A stretch of DNA of 64,000 bases, taken from Sphaeroforma arctica JP610. Taxonomy: Eukaryota. The stretch is from positions 110,671-174,670 of the forward strand of contig NW_014040521.1 of assembly GCF_001186125.1 (NCBI RefSeq). The letters run 5' to 3'. Shown here in pieces: positions 1 to 14,320 of the stretch (position 1 is its first letter; each line of letters starts with the position of its first letter). A program made the translations under genes and the position numbers. The notes beneath the pieces were generated by a model. That model did no database searches, was not told the DNA's origin, and was given only the letters and a program-made list of their open reading frames with translations.

Positions 1-53
1 AACTTCATTTCCATATCTATAAAGAAGAACAGATTGTTCATTCGAAAACTTAC

Positions 54-279
54 CTCTTGTCGATATCAGTGCATTGTGCTCGACCTTGAGCAAAGGGAAC
101 TTTATCTCAGGCTCCACGATTTGCTTTGGTTTCTCCAATATGTGGTCATCCGTGGGCAACGGCTCATCTATCTTTGCATTAGCTATCAGACGTTTTATGT
201 CCTCGACATCATTGTTGATGACATTTAAATCTGGGCTGAGATCCTTTTCTTGCACTTGAGTCACAGTATTGGCCTCCAT
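54..279 (-). CDS. First coding exon of an unknown gene that runs off the left edge of the window
   Basis: ATG at 279 opens 75 codons (MEANTVTQVQEKDLSPDL...KVEHNALISTR) ending at a canonical donor G|GTAAGT at 53. Divergent from the kinesin gene. No recognisable domain. Confidence 0.6.
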
Positions 280-932
280 GACAGTATCTATGGTCTAATA
301 GTGATGCGCAAGTCAATGATCAAACTATCACACTGATAGTATATATGAATTACAGATATTAGTATTTATGAACTATGAGTCTGTGACAGATGTTATAAAA
401 CTTTTTGAAAACGACTGTGATATCGAACTGTGTTACTATGATCGAAATACCACCTTTCACAACAGACTCCAAAGCCCATCGTAGAGAGGGCGGAGCGTTA
501 CATATATTTCAATTTTGCGATAAATTTAAAACTAAAAAAAGCACCAGTCGACACTCGGCTGTCGCTGGTGTGATATTTATTTATGATTATGATATCATTG
601 ATATGATATGATATCGGGGGTTCATGAATGCAGCAATGGTTTTATACAGGCGTGCTCCATTGGTCAACAACTGTGAAACTATAAAAGCTATTGGTGGCTT
701 TTCTCACTTTGATCTGGAATCCTTTTTCTACAAAGTACCGAACTTGTGAACAGTGCAGACCGGCAAAATGTACGATAATGGATTTGATGTCCGTTTTTTT
801 TAATTCCCCTAAATCCGTTACAGGGTTCAACAGGTGTCGGATGCAAGAACCGCGCGTAATAGGCGGTGTCCGGTGATCCGTGTCAAGCGTTAAAGCTGAT
901 GTGTCCAAGAGCGTTAGAGCTTATGTATTGCA

Positions 933-1746
933 ATGTCGTTTAGAAAGTCGCGCGAACCTTCCGGTTCTGATGGCGCACGTCCCGTACCGACGAAATCGAA
1001 AAGCACTGCTGGTGATAACATAAAGGTAGTCGTGAGGGTGAGGCCGCTACTTAAAGACGAGGTATGCATGTACTATCACGACCAACCTTTTATTGACTAT
1101 GACGCTCGGTTAAGAATAATTTGTTTCGACTACTATTTGACATTCTGAGAGACTGACATTTGATCTGGATATGGCGAATATCGTGTCTAGAGATGTTTAT
1201 TTCTCCGGCCAAGGCTTGTTAGCGAGTGAGCGGGCATAATTATAAAATATACAACACACGCACATAAAAATATTTTTAATCATACAACGAGACGAATTTA
1301 TCTGGTTGCAATGAATATACATTTGTATATAGTATTATCATTATCCTTAATATTATTATTATCATTATCATTATCATTATGATTGTTGTTATAGATGTAT
1401 ATATATATGTGTGTGTGTGTGTGTATTGTATATATGTAAACGTTGTTTTTTGTGTCTGTATATGTATGTATGTTTGCATATATGTATATGTATGTATGTA
1501 TGTATATATCTATGAATATTTGTCAGTATATATGTCTGTATGTATATATCCACGCATATTAGTATGTATGTATGTACGTATGTATGTATATATATATATG
1601 TGTGTGTGTGTATGTATGTATGCATGTATATATATATATACATGTATATATGTATGTATATGTGTACATATGTATATATATATATACAAAAATGTATGTG
1701 TGTGTGCATGTATATATATGTATATATATATATATATATATGTATT

Positions 1747-1807
<61 letters not shown>

Positions 1808-1831
1808 TATATATATATATATATGTGTGTG

Positions 1832-1871
<40 letters not shown>

Positions 1872-1891
1872 NNNNNNNNNNNNNNNNNNNN

Positions 1892-1932
<41 letters not shown>

Positions 1933-4747
1933 CATATGTCAATTCACAAATTGATATAAAAATGTCTGCGTTTTTGTACTCACATGCAAGTAAACCAAAA
2001 CTAACAGGTTTTTTGCGGTTTAACCCTAAATATTAACCTCTATGCAACCCCCTATCAGTTATATATTCATGTGTGCTTCCATTGTCATTTCTGTGTACTA
2101 TGGGTGCAGGAATTTATCTGTACATCTGAATACAGGTAGGCGCGTTGTGCGGAGGTGCGCTGTGAGGGCTAAGGTGCTTGACTTCGAATTCCCTTTTTTT
2201 CACATGTCATATTTAGGATGTTTGTTCAAACTGATTCCCTCTGTGTAGATCGTACAGAAGCAGGAGACAGCATGGAGGACTACACATAATAGTATTGTAA
2301 GGAGGCCGTATACGGATCCCAGCAATAAAAATAAACCTTTGCCATCGTTCGTATTTGGTAAGTCAATCTGGAGACTTGATCGTATTGCGACGCTCTTGTG
2401 CGCGTGAGATTTGTCACGGATACTTCGACTGTAAGAAGAGACCCTTTCTCTGCCTTGAATACACTTCTTCTGCCAATGATAACAGATACAGTTTTTTTGC
2501 TTCCACAGACAAAGTATACAATGGTCACAAGACGCAGGAGATATACGATGAGATTGGAGAGAGCATGGTTACCGCCGCAATGGAGGGGTACAATTGTATG
2601 TCGCTGTCGCACCCTCTGGTGCCTTGTGCTGTTCATCTGAATTGTGCGTGCACGCGGGTGTCAATGATTATATAGCATCGTTCGAGAAGCCATCGACAGC
2701 ATAACTAATGTATACATCGTTTGCACATTTCATTATTTGCGTTCGCAGCTACGATATTCGCATACGGAGAGACGAACTCCGGGAAGACGCACACAATGAA
2801 AGGTACCTCCTCATTGAATTTCCAGTTCGTACTCGCTTCAATATTGACACTTTGACTGCGGCTTTCGCACGGCATACACAAATCGCAACACTTCTTACTT
2901 TTATGTACAGGAATCAAGCAGGAACCTGGTTTCATACCACAGGCACTCAAAGATGTCTTCTCGTATATCGAGGAGTATCCTGGCCGTGAATACGTCTTGC
3001 GGTATGATGTCTTGATATAGTTGAATTGAAACTCATGCTTTTTTGCAGTGATTGGTGCGATATGTTTTAGCGCTACTCGCGGATTAAAGTTGTTTCATAA
3101 TATCCCGCTTCAGGGCATCTTATATTGAGATGTACATTGAAGTAAAGTTGTTTCATAATATTCCGCTTCAGGGTGTCTATATTGAGATGTACAATGAAGT
3201 GAAGTTGTTTCATAATATTCCGCTTCAGGGTGTCTTATATTGAGATATACAATGAAGCCATACACGACCTTTTGGATCCCGCGGCACCTGAATTGAAATT
3301 GGTCGCGCACAAAACGGTACGTGTTGTGTTTACAAATATGTCCTCTCTCGATGTATGTGTGTTACCTTATGCGACTGTCATCATGCAGAATTTCGACTCG
3401 AAAGTCACAAATATATCACTTGTATTGATGCTGAATGTCGGTTGTACATTACGGCGTAGTTATCATAATCTTCTCAATATTGTCATCGCACTGCCTTAAA
3501 GGATTTCGCCGCACCTTTACCTTACAGAGAGGCATCATCGTCGCCGGAATCAAAGAACAAATAGGTAAGAGGACCATTTTTTTATTTATTTATTTATTGT
3601 AAATTGTCTCTAAAAACTGCGTGAGTTGGAGTTTTTATGCTGCTGTTTGTTGCTTCAAACATTTATCGCATAATCGCTGTCGCATCGCAGACTCGTCGAA
3701 ACAAAAATCATTTACCCGCTTCAGCGTTGATCAAAAACTGACCATATCACACAATGTGTGTATTTCATGCCGTACACATACAAATAACATACAGTAACCT
3801 CCTATGAGCACGTGATGCCTCTCGTCGCCTCTGGTGAGGCCCACAGGCATGTCGGACGTACCAACTACAACTCGTTCAGTAGTCGATCTCATACCATTTT
3901 GCAGCTGGTAGGTCTAGGTGGACCGTTAACAATCTATACATGCTTCAACTGCACATGATGGTTGTGAATGCGCGCTTATGTGTACATTATGATATACTTT
4001 CGTTGCAGGTGGTGTTTATTTTTTCCTAAAATTGTGCATGTCATGCAAAGCTATGAATGGAAGGCTTGCATTGTGCTTGTGTACTGAAACGAGACTTGGT
4101 GTGTGTGAAGGCCTGTGCGTTTCTTCTCAATTGCAAGGAGTCGCGAAACTGTTGCGCGCGGGTGGCTGGAAAATCCAGTCGTTTGCATAATCTGGAGACA
4201 TTTACCTTTCATGATATGAAGTGTACTTATTATGAGCGCATATCCAAAGCTGACATGTGATACGACAGAGCAGCGTACCTCCACTCCACCTTCGCCTTTA
4301 AGATTTTTTTTGAGATTTATATTTGAACTTCATCTTACGCTCCAGTGGGAAGTCAAATCGTTGAACTACATTCGTTTTTGTTGACAATATACACACGTAT
4401 AGCTACACAACATCGACTCTTTCCGCTTCGTCTCTGTTTGCAATTCAATACCTCACGTCGTATTTACAATGTAGATCATCGAGAGTCGGCCTGCCGGAGT
4501 CACCCCGTGCGCCACACCCTCGCCTGAGCGCAACAAAATCGATCCTGCTGCGAGACCTGTGCGTGCCAAGGGACAGTCGAGCGGATACGGACAACAGGCC
4601 AAGAAAGAAGAGCCCAGCAATGTCAGGGTGTCCGTCCTGGTGAGTATTTACAGAAATGCTGAACCAAGCGTTATTTTAGGTGTATATGTATACACTCGAA
4701 TATAACATATGCACATACCTATGGATACATGTATATCTATATTTATC

Positions 4748-4794
<47 letters not shown>

Positions 4795-7048
4795 ATGTGT
4801 ATATGTGTATATGTATATATGTATATATATATATGTCTGTGTTTATATATATGTCTGTGTTTATATATATATATATATGTGTGTGTGTATGTATGTATGT
4901 ATGTATGTATATATATTTATGCATATGCATTTTTATATTTATGTATATATATATGTGTGTGTGTGTGAATTACAAGTATGTTTATATATGTGTATATGAA
5001 TATATATGTGTGTGTGTGTGTGTGTGTATTTATATATATATATATAAAGTTTGTGTGTGTGTGTGTATGTGTGTGGTGTGTGTACTATAAGTATATATAT
5101 ATATGTGCGTGTATGTTTGTGTGCGTGTCTTTGTGAGTGTATTAGTGTATATATTTTGTGTGCCTGCTTTTGGAGAGAGAATATGGTATATGCGTGCATC
5201 TGGTGTGATGCGCACTCAGACACTCGCCGTGTGTACTTAAAAGGTGTGTTTTTGAAGTGGTTTTTGAGATTTTGGAATAAGGATTTTATGATTTCATATT
5301 ATGTTTAAATTTGTAACCTCCTTCGCCACTTAGAATCTGATCGATCTGGCGGGCTCGGAGAAAGCAGCTGATGATGCTGCTCGCTTTAGGGAAGGACAGT
5401 TTATCAATAAGAGTTTGCTGACGCTCGGAACTGTGATTATGAAACTCAGCTCGGGCACCAGGTACAGTTGTGCACGTGATCATTAGATTCGGCTGGATTT
5501 ATCCAAATCAGGTGTCCTTTCTAAAGAGTTCAAGTCCTACTGAGGGTATTGTATACTGAGTGGTTGATGCCATGTGTGATCTCTATTGAGTACTTCCGAC
5601 GTCGTGCGTTGCCTGCCCCGGTCAACATGTGAGGAGTATAGTGGCTCTTCCTTCAAGAAGATTCAAAACTTCTTTAGCAATTCTTAACTTTCATTTTATG
5701 GTTTTCTTGCAGCACACATATACCGTATAGGGACTCGAAGCTGACACGCTTACTGCAAAACTCTTTAACCGGAAATGCAAGAATTGCGATGATCACCACT
5801 ATAAATCCTACTGTGGTAAGTACATCTCGCCTTTCATATACAATCTGGAAGCTCCGTACCTATGATGATCTGGCTCAGTACCTATAATACAAGCAATGTA
5901 TTTTGAATTTCAGCGCAGAGTAAGTCAATTGCCTGACTCACGAATTCCGCCTCGGGCGTCGTTTCTACCTTCATTTGTTTTTACCGATTAAACTTCCAGA
6001 GGTGCTTCGATGAGAGCAAGAAGTCCCTGTTGTTCGCGCAAGGGGCCAAAAAAATAAAAACCGCTGCTAAAATTAACCAGGTATGTCGGCCGATTGTTGC
6101 CAAGGCAAAATATACGGTAGGCACTGTTCTAGTGGAAACCTTTAGTATAGCCAACTATTGCAATGCAAATCTGTGGCATATTGATTATATAGCAAAATGG
6201 TCTAGTACACAGCTCAGCTGATTGATCAGGAACGTGACAATCTTGGTGTTCCCCATACTTTGCCCGAATGTATGTCATAGAAGGTCTAATCACGTTGATT
6301 GTGTGATTTTTGGTCTTTCCCCGACAATTTTTTTGGGATCGTACTCACTCTAGTATCATTTGTAACACGTGCAGCTGGATGATTCGATTTTGCAGCGATA
6401 CAAGGATGAAATTAAGGTATGTTGTCGACCATATCTGCATTTGCTTTGGGACCTTTCGACAAACCAACATCGTGGATTGTTCATATGTGAGGTCAACACG
6501 GCAATCAATGCAACACGCCTCCTTGATAATAGTATATTCATTACCACAACAACCAGCAAGCAGTTACATATACCCTTGCCAATGTCAGAAATGAAGTTTG
6601 ATCAGAAGCTTTCATGTCTGCAATATGCATGTGTTGCATTCCCAGCCGGACGATAGTGTCCTGTATCTAAAAAGGGCAGATCCTTCTTCTACCTCGGTAT
6701 AAAAGGCTTCATGCATTGAGCTTTAGAATAATTTCATGCTCATCACCTACGGTGACTTGAGGCTAATTATTTCGAGATTGATTGTAACATCATCCGAGCA
6801 CATCCCATGTACCGTGAGTTGCAATAAGGTGATACAGTCTCAATTCGGATGTATCCTCCATATTCTGATTCAAGGCCTTACAAATGCGGGTGGACGAGCT
6901 GGAGTCGAATCATCCAAGGGTCAATGAACTGCAAGCCCAAATAGAAGCCCTACGATTGAAGGGCGACATGACAGAACAAGAAATGGCGGGACAAGAAAGA
7001 GAGGTAGCTGTACTATGGCTTGCTGTATGATCAATGAGATGCAACCAT

Positions 7049-7090
<42 letters not shown>

Positions 7091-7141
7091 CATAGTATGT
7101 ATATTATATATCTATATATTATTATATATCTATATATATAC

Positions 7142-7177
<36 letters not shown>

Positions 7178-7271
7178 TATATCTATATATATATGTGTGG
7201 GTGTAAATATATATATATGTATATGTTTGTGTGTGTATGTGTATGGGTATGTATGTGTGTGTATATATATA

Positions 7272-7302
<31 letters not shown>

Positions 7303-10300
7303 TCTCTGCAATCCAGTGTCACTTGAACATTAAGAATTGCAGACGCAAATATATTTGCCATTGATTTTTAACTCAAACTAGCATACCACCACAATTGGCA
7401 ACATAGTTTTTCTCATTCCAACCTTTGGTTGCAATTTTCAGATGAGAATTAGAATAGAAATGCAGGATGCCATCATCGCCGATTATCGCGAGCAGAAACA
7501 GAGGCTCACGCGCCAGATTATACAGTCACATCGTACCATTCAACCAACCAACGAGAGAAGAGCGACCGTTGACGAATCTGAAGTATGTTATTTTGTCACT
7601 CGCAATGACTACCTATTAGAGCTCGTGTTTATAAGCTCTGGACGAAGCCATGCAATGACTTTCGTATTCTATCTCGCGTCGTTCCTTTCCTCAACCGCTA
7701 CTCCGACTCATTGAAGTGATGAAAAAGATCGATCGGAGCAGTAAACGGAACATAGGCATCTCCTCGAAAGTAGACGATGCGTGTCGCGCCTACTGTGTCG
7801 CTCAAAGCAGCGACTTGATACCTTTGGTATCCAAAGTTCCTTGCCAGTTGACATGGCCTTCGTACCTCAAATTCTGACTGAGCGACCCTATCCAATCAAT
7901 TCTCTGATTTTCCAGGAGAACGGAGCGTTAGACCACATGCGCACTAACCGACACGGCCTGGCGCAAACCGCGACTCTGGCCGACGACTTCCTAAACTTGG
8001 AAGACCACACCCTACCCTTGGATGATACTAGTCTGAGCTTGATTCGGTTGCAGTCAGTTGATTCGTTGAAAGTATGTGACCTAGTATATGGGGACCACTG
8101 ACCACCTTCTGATGCTACTCGACCATCAGGCACTTGCACTCACTCCTGGATGGTTGGTGCTTAACTCTCAGCTGTGCACATGCTGCACTTGGCGCATGAC
8201 AGACCAGCCGCCCCAAAATATTCCAAGATGCAGTCGGCACTATATGCAGCACTTAAGCTTCGAATTTGAATACTTGTGCACGTCTTATGTTGACTCTCAA
8301 TATTTATATTCCCACAAGCCGTTGACAGACACGTCGCTGATAACGTGATAAAGTACATATTTGTGCATGCTATATCGTGGTATACACGTTGGATGAATCG
8401 CCATGCATCTAAACTGTCCTAGTAAATTTGCCTTGCCGTATCTTTATGCAGGACGAGGAAGTGAAGGCCAGTATAAAAAATGACCTAAAGCAGAAGGAGA
8501 TGACCATCAACACCCTGAAACTAGAACTGCAGCACGCCAGGCAGGACAATTCACTATTAGACGAGCGGATCGCGGATCAGCAAGCCGAACTCGATAGACT
8601 CACCAACCACCTACAGGCCATACACGAGGCTTTGAACGCGAGGGTAAGCGAACGAACTGCGATTTATTTGAGACCTTATTCATTGGACTTCGTTCTGATT
8701 CCGAACAGTACTACATACATCAGTACGACGTAAAGTTATATCAAGAATATCCTGGTTTTTCCTCAACTTAACTATTATTTAGGAATCATTCTCTGGGAAA
8801 ATTCGTTTCTAACTTTTCTGCTCTTCTGCAAAATGTCGTATCTAAACAATTTGCTCTCCCAATTCGTAGGGCATCATTCTTCCCGAAATGGAGGGATGGG
8901 CACCTGACGTGCCAGTGACCCTTACGCGGAGCAATAGTACCACAAGCTGTGATAGTGCTACAAGCTACTAGAGGTAGTCGCCCACTGAAATGTACTCGCA
9001 GACGGACGCAAATGATATACCGACACATATTGACCTCTGTGCCCAGTTTAGGTTAGGACACGGACGTATCCTCGGGCAACAAGCTGATATAGAGATCAAA
9101 GATAGAAGCATGGCAGTAAATAAACATACCACCAGAACACTTGGCTAGTATGGACAGATAGCTCCTCAATATACATAGATAATAACATGTAGGAGATTTC
9201 CGCATTAAAATTAAGAGTACAGTTTCGATCTAACAATAACGATTCAAAATATACCTAAGCGATACAATTTTACAGTAGATATGGCGAGTGGATTCAATCG
9301 ATGTGCCAGATTAAAAAGAAGCCTCGTTTTTAAAAAGGAATTAACTACACTAAAGAATAAAGAATTGAGCGTGTTACTGTAGAGTTTGACATCGGCAAAA
9401 TTCACCAAACTCCCGAGAAGTCGTTTTCAGAATAAAACAGCATCAAATATACTGTTAAATCCCTACTTTTCTATCAAACCCGAAACACCAAGAAAAATCT
9501 AAACGCAAAAATATGAACGATAACTAACTTGATGACCAAGTCATTTGACACTTTTTATGCGGCGGGCACTATGTGCGCATGGGCATCTCAATCTCATCGA
9601 ATCCACAGATGTCAACACATCATCTCTCAAAGTAAGGCAGCCCAGCATACATCAAAAGCACTTTTTTAACTACACCAAAAAAGCGTTTACAATTTAAACA
9701 CAAAAGAAATTCGAACCGATAATTCGCTTGATGACCAATTCATTGACTTTTTTATCGGGCGGACACTATGTAGACATCTAGATAACATAGTGGTCGACTG
9801 GTTTGAAACGAGCCTCACATTCGTCCCACCAGTGCTTAGAAATTAACATATCAGTGATAACACGCTACCAAACGAGTGCACTTTCTACTTTTTCCTAACC
9901 GTGAAGTAGCTGACGGATGATAAGGATCTCAACCGCGCACACCTCTACATTCCCACCTCGAAATCTCACCTGTCCAATCAAAAACTGATTTTCCAAGACA
10001 AGCGGGGCGTTGGACCGCATGTGCGCTCACCGACAGGGCCAGTCGCGGCCCGTGTCACTGGCCGACGACGTCCTAAACTTGGAAGACATTAACTTATCCC
10101 CAGATGATACCAATTTTGGCCTGATTCTGTTGCAGTCGGTTGAATCGATAGAAGTATGTGGCCTAGTACATGGGGACCACTGACCACTTTCTGATGCTAC
10201 TCGACCATCAGGCACTTGCACTCACTCCTGGATGGTTGGCGCTTAACTCTCAGCTGTGCACATGCTGCACTTGGCGCATGCCAGACCAGCCGCCCCAAAA

Positions 10301-11005
10301 TATTACAAGATGCAGTCGACACTATATGCAACACTTGCGATTCGAATTTGAAAGCTTGTGCACGTCTTATGTTAATTCTCAATATTTGTATTCCCACAAG
10401 CCAGACACGTCGCTGAAAACGTGATAAAATTGTATATATTTGTATCTGCTATTTCAAGGTACACACCTTATTTGAACTGCCATGCAACTTAATATCACAT
10501 GTAAAATTGATTGCTTTTTCCCTATGCGGGCAGGACGTGGGCGTGAAGGCCAGGGTATACAACGACCTAAAAGAGAAGGTCAAGACCATCAACACTCTGA
10601 AAATGGAACTACAACACCTCAAGCAGGAGCAATTCCTATTGAACGAGCGGAACGCGTATCAGAAAGTCGAACTCAAAAGACTAGCCAATATAATACAGGC
10701 CATAAATGAGGCTTTGAAAGCGAGGGTAAGCGAACGAACTGCGAGTTATTTGAGACCGTCTCGCTTTTTCAAAATCATGTTCACGTGCCATACCTTTCTG
10801 AATTCCGAACAGTACTATTCGTGGTGTTTCAACAACTAAACTGCAATCTTAGAATCATTCTGTGCAGTATATTGTATCTTACTTTTCTGCTCTTCTGTAG
10901 AATGTTGTATCTAACCTATCTGCTCTTCCGATTCGCAGGACATCGAACTTCCCGAAGTTGAGGGATGGACACCTCACGATCCAGAGAACAGTCTCGGAGG
11001 ATTAG
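933..11005 (+). CDS. Kinesin motor protein, kinesin-7/CENP-E-like, multi-exon, with coiled-coil tail
   Basis: Spliced exons give [11 protein letters not shown] (933-1061), [17 protein letters not shown]-loop (~2749-2802), VSYIEIYNE (3229-3316), [13 protein letters not shown] switch I (~3795-3907), NLIDLAGSE switch II and [12 protein letters not shown] (~5333-5461), [14 protein letters not shown] (~5713-5815), then coiled-coil exons. The 3' end at TAG 11003-11005 is inferred from the duplicated tail. Confidence 0.9.
1350..1931. repeat. Compound (ATT)n/(TA)n/(TG)n microsatellite with N gap in kinesin intron 1
   Basis: Directly visible. It generates the spurious Y/I/V/C-rich ORFs. Confidence 0.95.
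3086..3258 (+). repeat. Three tandem 57-58 bp copies spanning a kinesin intron/exon junction
   Basis: Unit aagttgtttcataatattccgcttcag|ggtgtcttatattgagatrtacaatgaag starts at 3086, 3144 and 3201. Confidence 0.9.
4680..5160. repeat. Intronic (TA)n/(TG)n microsatellite
   Basis: Directly visible low-complexity tract. Confidence 0.95.
7050..7301. repeat. Intronic (TA)n/(TATG)n microsatellite
   Basis: Directly visible. Confidence 0.95.
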
Positions 11006-11390
11006 TACCACAAGCTACAGCATTTGACATCCGCATATCTCAGCACATCAAGAGAGATCAACAAAACATCCCTCAGAGCAAAGCAGCCTAACATGCCGTA
11101 AAGCCGCTTGTCTAACCTCCCAAAAACCAACCACGATTTGAATACGAAATTATAAACGATAGTTTACTGACGACCAGTTCATTAACACTTTTTATTTGAA
11201 AGGCACTTATATGCGCATGAGTATCTAGATAACATAGAATCGACCAGCTTCGACATGAAACAGGCCTCATATCCGTCACCAACAGAGCGTGGAAACAGAC
11301 ATATCACGATACCAAACGAGCGCACCTTACTCCTCCTTCATAGCGTGAAGTAGCTGACGGATGACAGGGGTCTCAACCGCGCACACCTGC
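7860..11390. repeat. Diverged tandem segmental duplication (copy 1 ~7860-9950, copy 2 ~9955-11390) covering kinesin 3' exons and the saposin 3' end
   Basis: Exons 7916-8071 and 9998-10153 (both 156 nt) and 8452-8643 and 10534-10725 (both 192 nt) align. 9720-9945 aligns with 11160-11388 (gtgaagtagctgacggatga...tctcaaccgcgcacacct). Confidence 0.9.
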
Positions 11391-12364
11391 AGCTTCTCGC
11401 AAACCTCCTGGGGGGTCATGGATATGCCCTGTCTGTACTGATCCTCGATCTGAGTCACCGCATCCTTGCACTGGTCCTGCTGTTCTGTGGGTGCCATAGC
11501 ACACACACTCTCCAATTGCTTCTCAAGCTGCTCGACAGGGGGTGCACGTTGCTCAACCATGTCCCACAACCACTTGCACACATCGCATTGGGCCGAGTTG
11601 GCCTGGGCCTCCATAGACTTCATCCTCTGCACAGCCACGGTCTTGAAAGCTTGTAGCTGCTTGCCCACCTGCAACTGGATGGCGTCGGGTCCACATAGCT
11701 GGATCTCTTCACACGCCTCTCTGGGGGTCTCCTTTGCTAGCTTTTCGATCTCATCCTTGATCTGTCCGGTGAAGCCCTGTTTGGTAAGTGAAATTTGCGT
11801 ATTTTTAATTTATGGAATTTTAAAAAAGAAGACAAAGCCATACGTTGCCAAGGTTAAAATCACCTAAATTGTCAATAATGGTCACTAAAGCCGTATGAAT
11901 ATAAATTTCATGTGTTTACCACTGCACGAAAAGAAGGAACTAACCAGAATATATCCTTCTTACTATGATAAGACATAGGACCAAATATAAAGCCATGCAG
12001 ACGCAGACTCGCTGGGATAAATAGTTAATCTGCATGTAAACTTCAAGAAATTTGAAAATACTGATGCACAACCCAGTTTCAAGACGCTAACAACCAGACC
12101 TATCGATTGATTCTCTAAGCACTATATCAAACAATATAGATAGGCTCTTTAAAAACATACCTTGCACTCATCCTGGAAGAAGGGGATTTGCGCGCAAACC
12201 TGGTCCAACATGCCCTCCAACTGGGCACGCGTATCGGGATCATGCAACTGTCCGACACTCTGCATGCACAGATCACAGGTCTGCTGGTCATTTGGAACGG
12301 GGTCAGCAAGCACAACGGCGGACAGCGCTACAGCACTTGCGGTGATAAAGGCAGCAATACGCAT
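11327..12364 (-). CDS. Secreted saposin-like protein with two saposin-B domains (217 aa; exons 12364-12161 and 11776-11327)
   Basis: Signal peptide MRIAAFITASAVALSAVVLA. Two six-Cys patterns: CDLC...VCAQIP...ECK...ACEEIQLC and CDVC...VCAMAP...QCK...VCEKLQVC. In-frame phase-0 GT-AG intron. Confidence 0.9.
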
Positions 12365-13825
12365 ATTGAGTATAAGTTAGAATTTATATGTAAAGGAAGT
12401 ATCTATTTAGGTGTGATAGGTACTCGACTGGTTAGCAGTGGTTCCTTGCGCCGTCTATTTGTGTTTTGATCATTCATTCAACTCGGCTTTTCCACTCTTT
12501 GAGAAGTTCTGACTTGTTGGGGAGAGTTGGGGAGTTGGTGACCTTGGGGCGCTGGGGGGAACTATTTCATAAAAGCAATCTACACACTACGTATTCAATT
12601 TACGACACAGTTGTAACATGTCTTACCACATAATGTCGGAGTATACTAGCTACTAAAAGTCGAAGAAAATATCAAGCAAGTAAACGACATATATCGCATT
12701 TTACTATCCTCTGGCCACCTCCAAAAAGCCGGAAAAAGCTATCGCATACATCCTCAATAAGCCAATCATATCTTTGTACTTTAAAAACTGCAATAGTAAT
12801 GAGTCATACTTATGTGTCTTGCTGACTTCCTGGCTTTTCGATCGTGTCAGAGTCTCGGACTGTCAGTCTGTCTGACTGTCACTGTCACTCTGTCAGTAAA
12901 ATGTAAATAGATCACTCAGTAAATACATAGACAGACTTGAGACAGTACTCATCAGTCATCAGAACTACAGTTCTACAGTATTTAAATAATTAAAACCCCA
13001 AAAAAGTCATAGCCTTCTGAAAATAGAACAGTAATTTACTCACTAAATATTACTTGCCCTCAGGAATTTTATTGATTTATAAATTTTTGAGAAAAAAACC
13101 TCAAGTTGTAAATATGTAGACGTAGTGTGAGTGCGTGACCCTGACATTTGACAATTGTCATCTGATCCATAGTGACTACACGTCTGCCATAGGCCCAAAG
13201 CCTCTCTCGTCACAATTCTGCACTCTGTAAAAGTGTAAAAATGTTCTAGTCACCGGTTCTGTACTCTGTACTCTGTAGTCGGTGACACTGTACGCCTGCT
13301 ATTTTGTTGAATTATTTAGGCTAATTAATAATAGGAGGCTATCGTTTCCTTCGAACGTTTAGTCCGATCAGCCATATTTTGAATTTTCACTTATATCTCT
13401 CTCTACTCTAATAAGTATACTTGTAGAGGGAGAGACATGCTATGGTTCCGTCATCTACACATCATGATATCACTTGAGTGATGAGATACATGACAGTTGC
13501 TCTATTTAGAACAAAAAAAATATAAAATATGGCCGATCGAACTAGCGTACAAAGATATGATTGTATGTATGAACCCGCCATGCCCCTTGAAGAGCCTCCT
13601 CTACTTTATGAATAAGCAGAAACCATTTCTTATTGAAGGATGTTTGCCCACCAATATGTCTGAAAAGACCTTTTTTTTTCTCTAAATGAGGTGCGTAGTA
13701 CACAGAAAATCTTTATAACTTCGAGGAAAAGTTCAGTGTGAGTGTTCGTGGCTACTTGCTTTTATCGCAATTAGTTTCAGACGAAAGCAGGCATATCTCA
13801 GGAGATCATTACCTTTATATTTCTA

Positions 13826-13869
13826 TGTATATATGTATGTATGTATGAATATATATATATATATATATA

Positions 13870-13912
<43 letters not shown>

Positions 13913-14039
13913 TCTGTGTCTGTGTTGTGTGTCTTTGTGTCTGTGTGTCTGTATGTCTGTGTCTGTGTGTACACGTGTATGTGTGTGTATGTATATAAAT
14001 ATTTATGGCATGTATATAAATATTTATATTATATACATG

Positions 14040-14081
<42 letters not shown>

Positions 14082-14320
14082 TATATGTATATAATATTAT
14101 GACATGTATATAAATATTTATAATATATACATGTATATATATGTATGTGTGTGTGTGTGTGTGCGTGTGTGTGTGTGTGCGCGCGTGTATGTGTGTATGT
14201 ATTGATATGAACATTTATATGTATATGAATGTATGTATAAATATATATACGAATGTTACGTGCATGTATGTATATGTATCTGTATATATATATATATATA
14301 TATATATACTTATATATTGA
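13826..14320. repeat. (TA)n/(TG)n microsatellite
   Basis: Directly visible. Confidence 0.95.

Noticed and set aside
1276..2036. Long Y/I/C/V/H/T-rich ORFs here and at 4.7-5.3, 7.0-7.4, 13.8-14.2 and 35.3 kb
   Set aside because: They are translations of (TA)n/(TG)n microsatellites.
2749..2802. Kinesin P-loop GETNSGKT with E in place of the usual Q
   Set aside because: The GxxxxGKT core and both switch motifs are intact, so this is likely tolerated variation.
5862..5936. Intronic C/D snoRNA candidate (ATGATGA...CTGA, 75 nt)
   Set aside because: No terminal stem, no clear C'/D' boxes, and no rRNA complement that I can recognise. It would need snoscan or Infernal.
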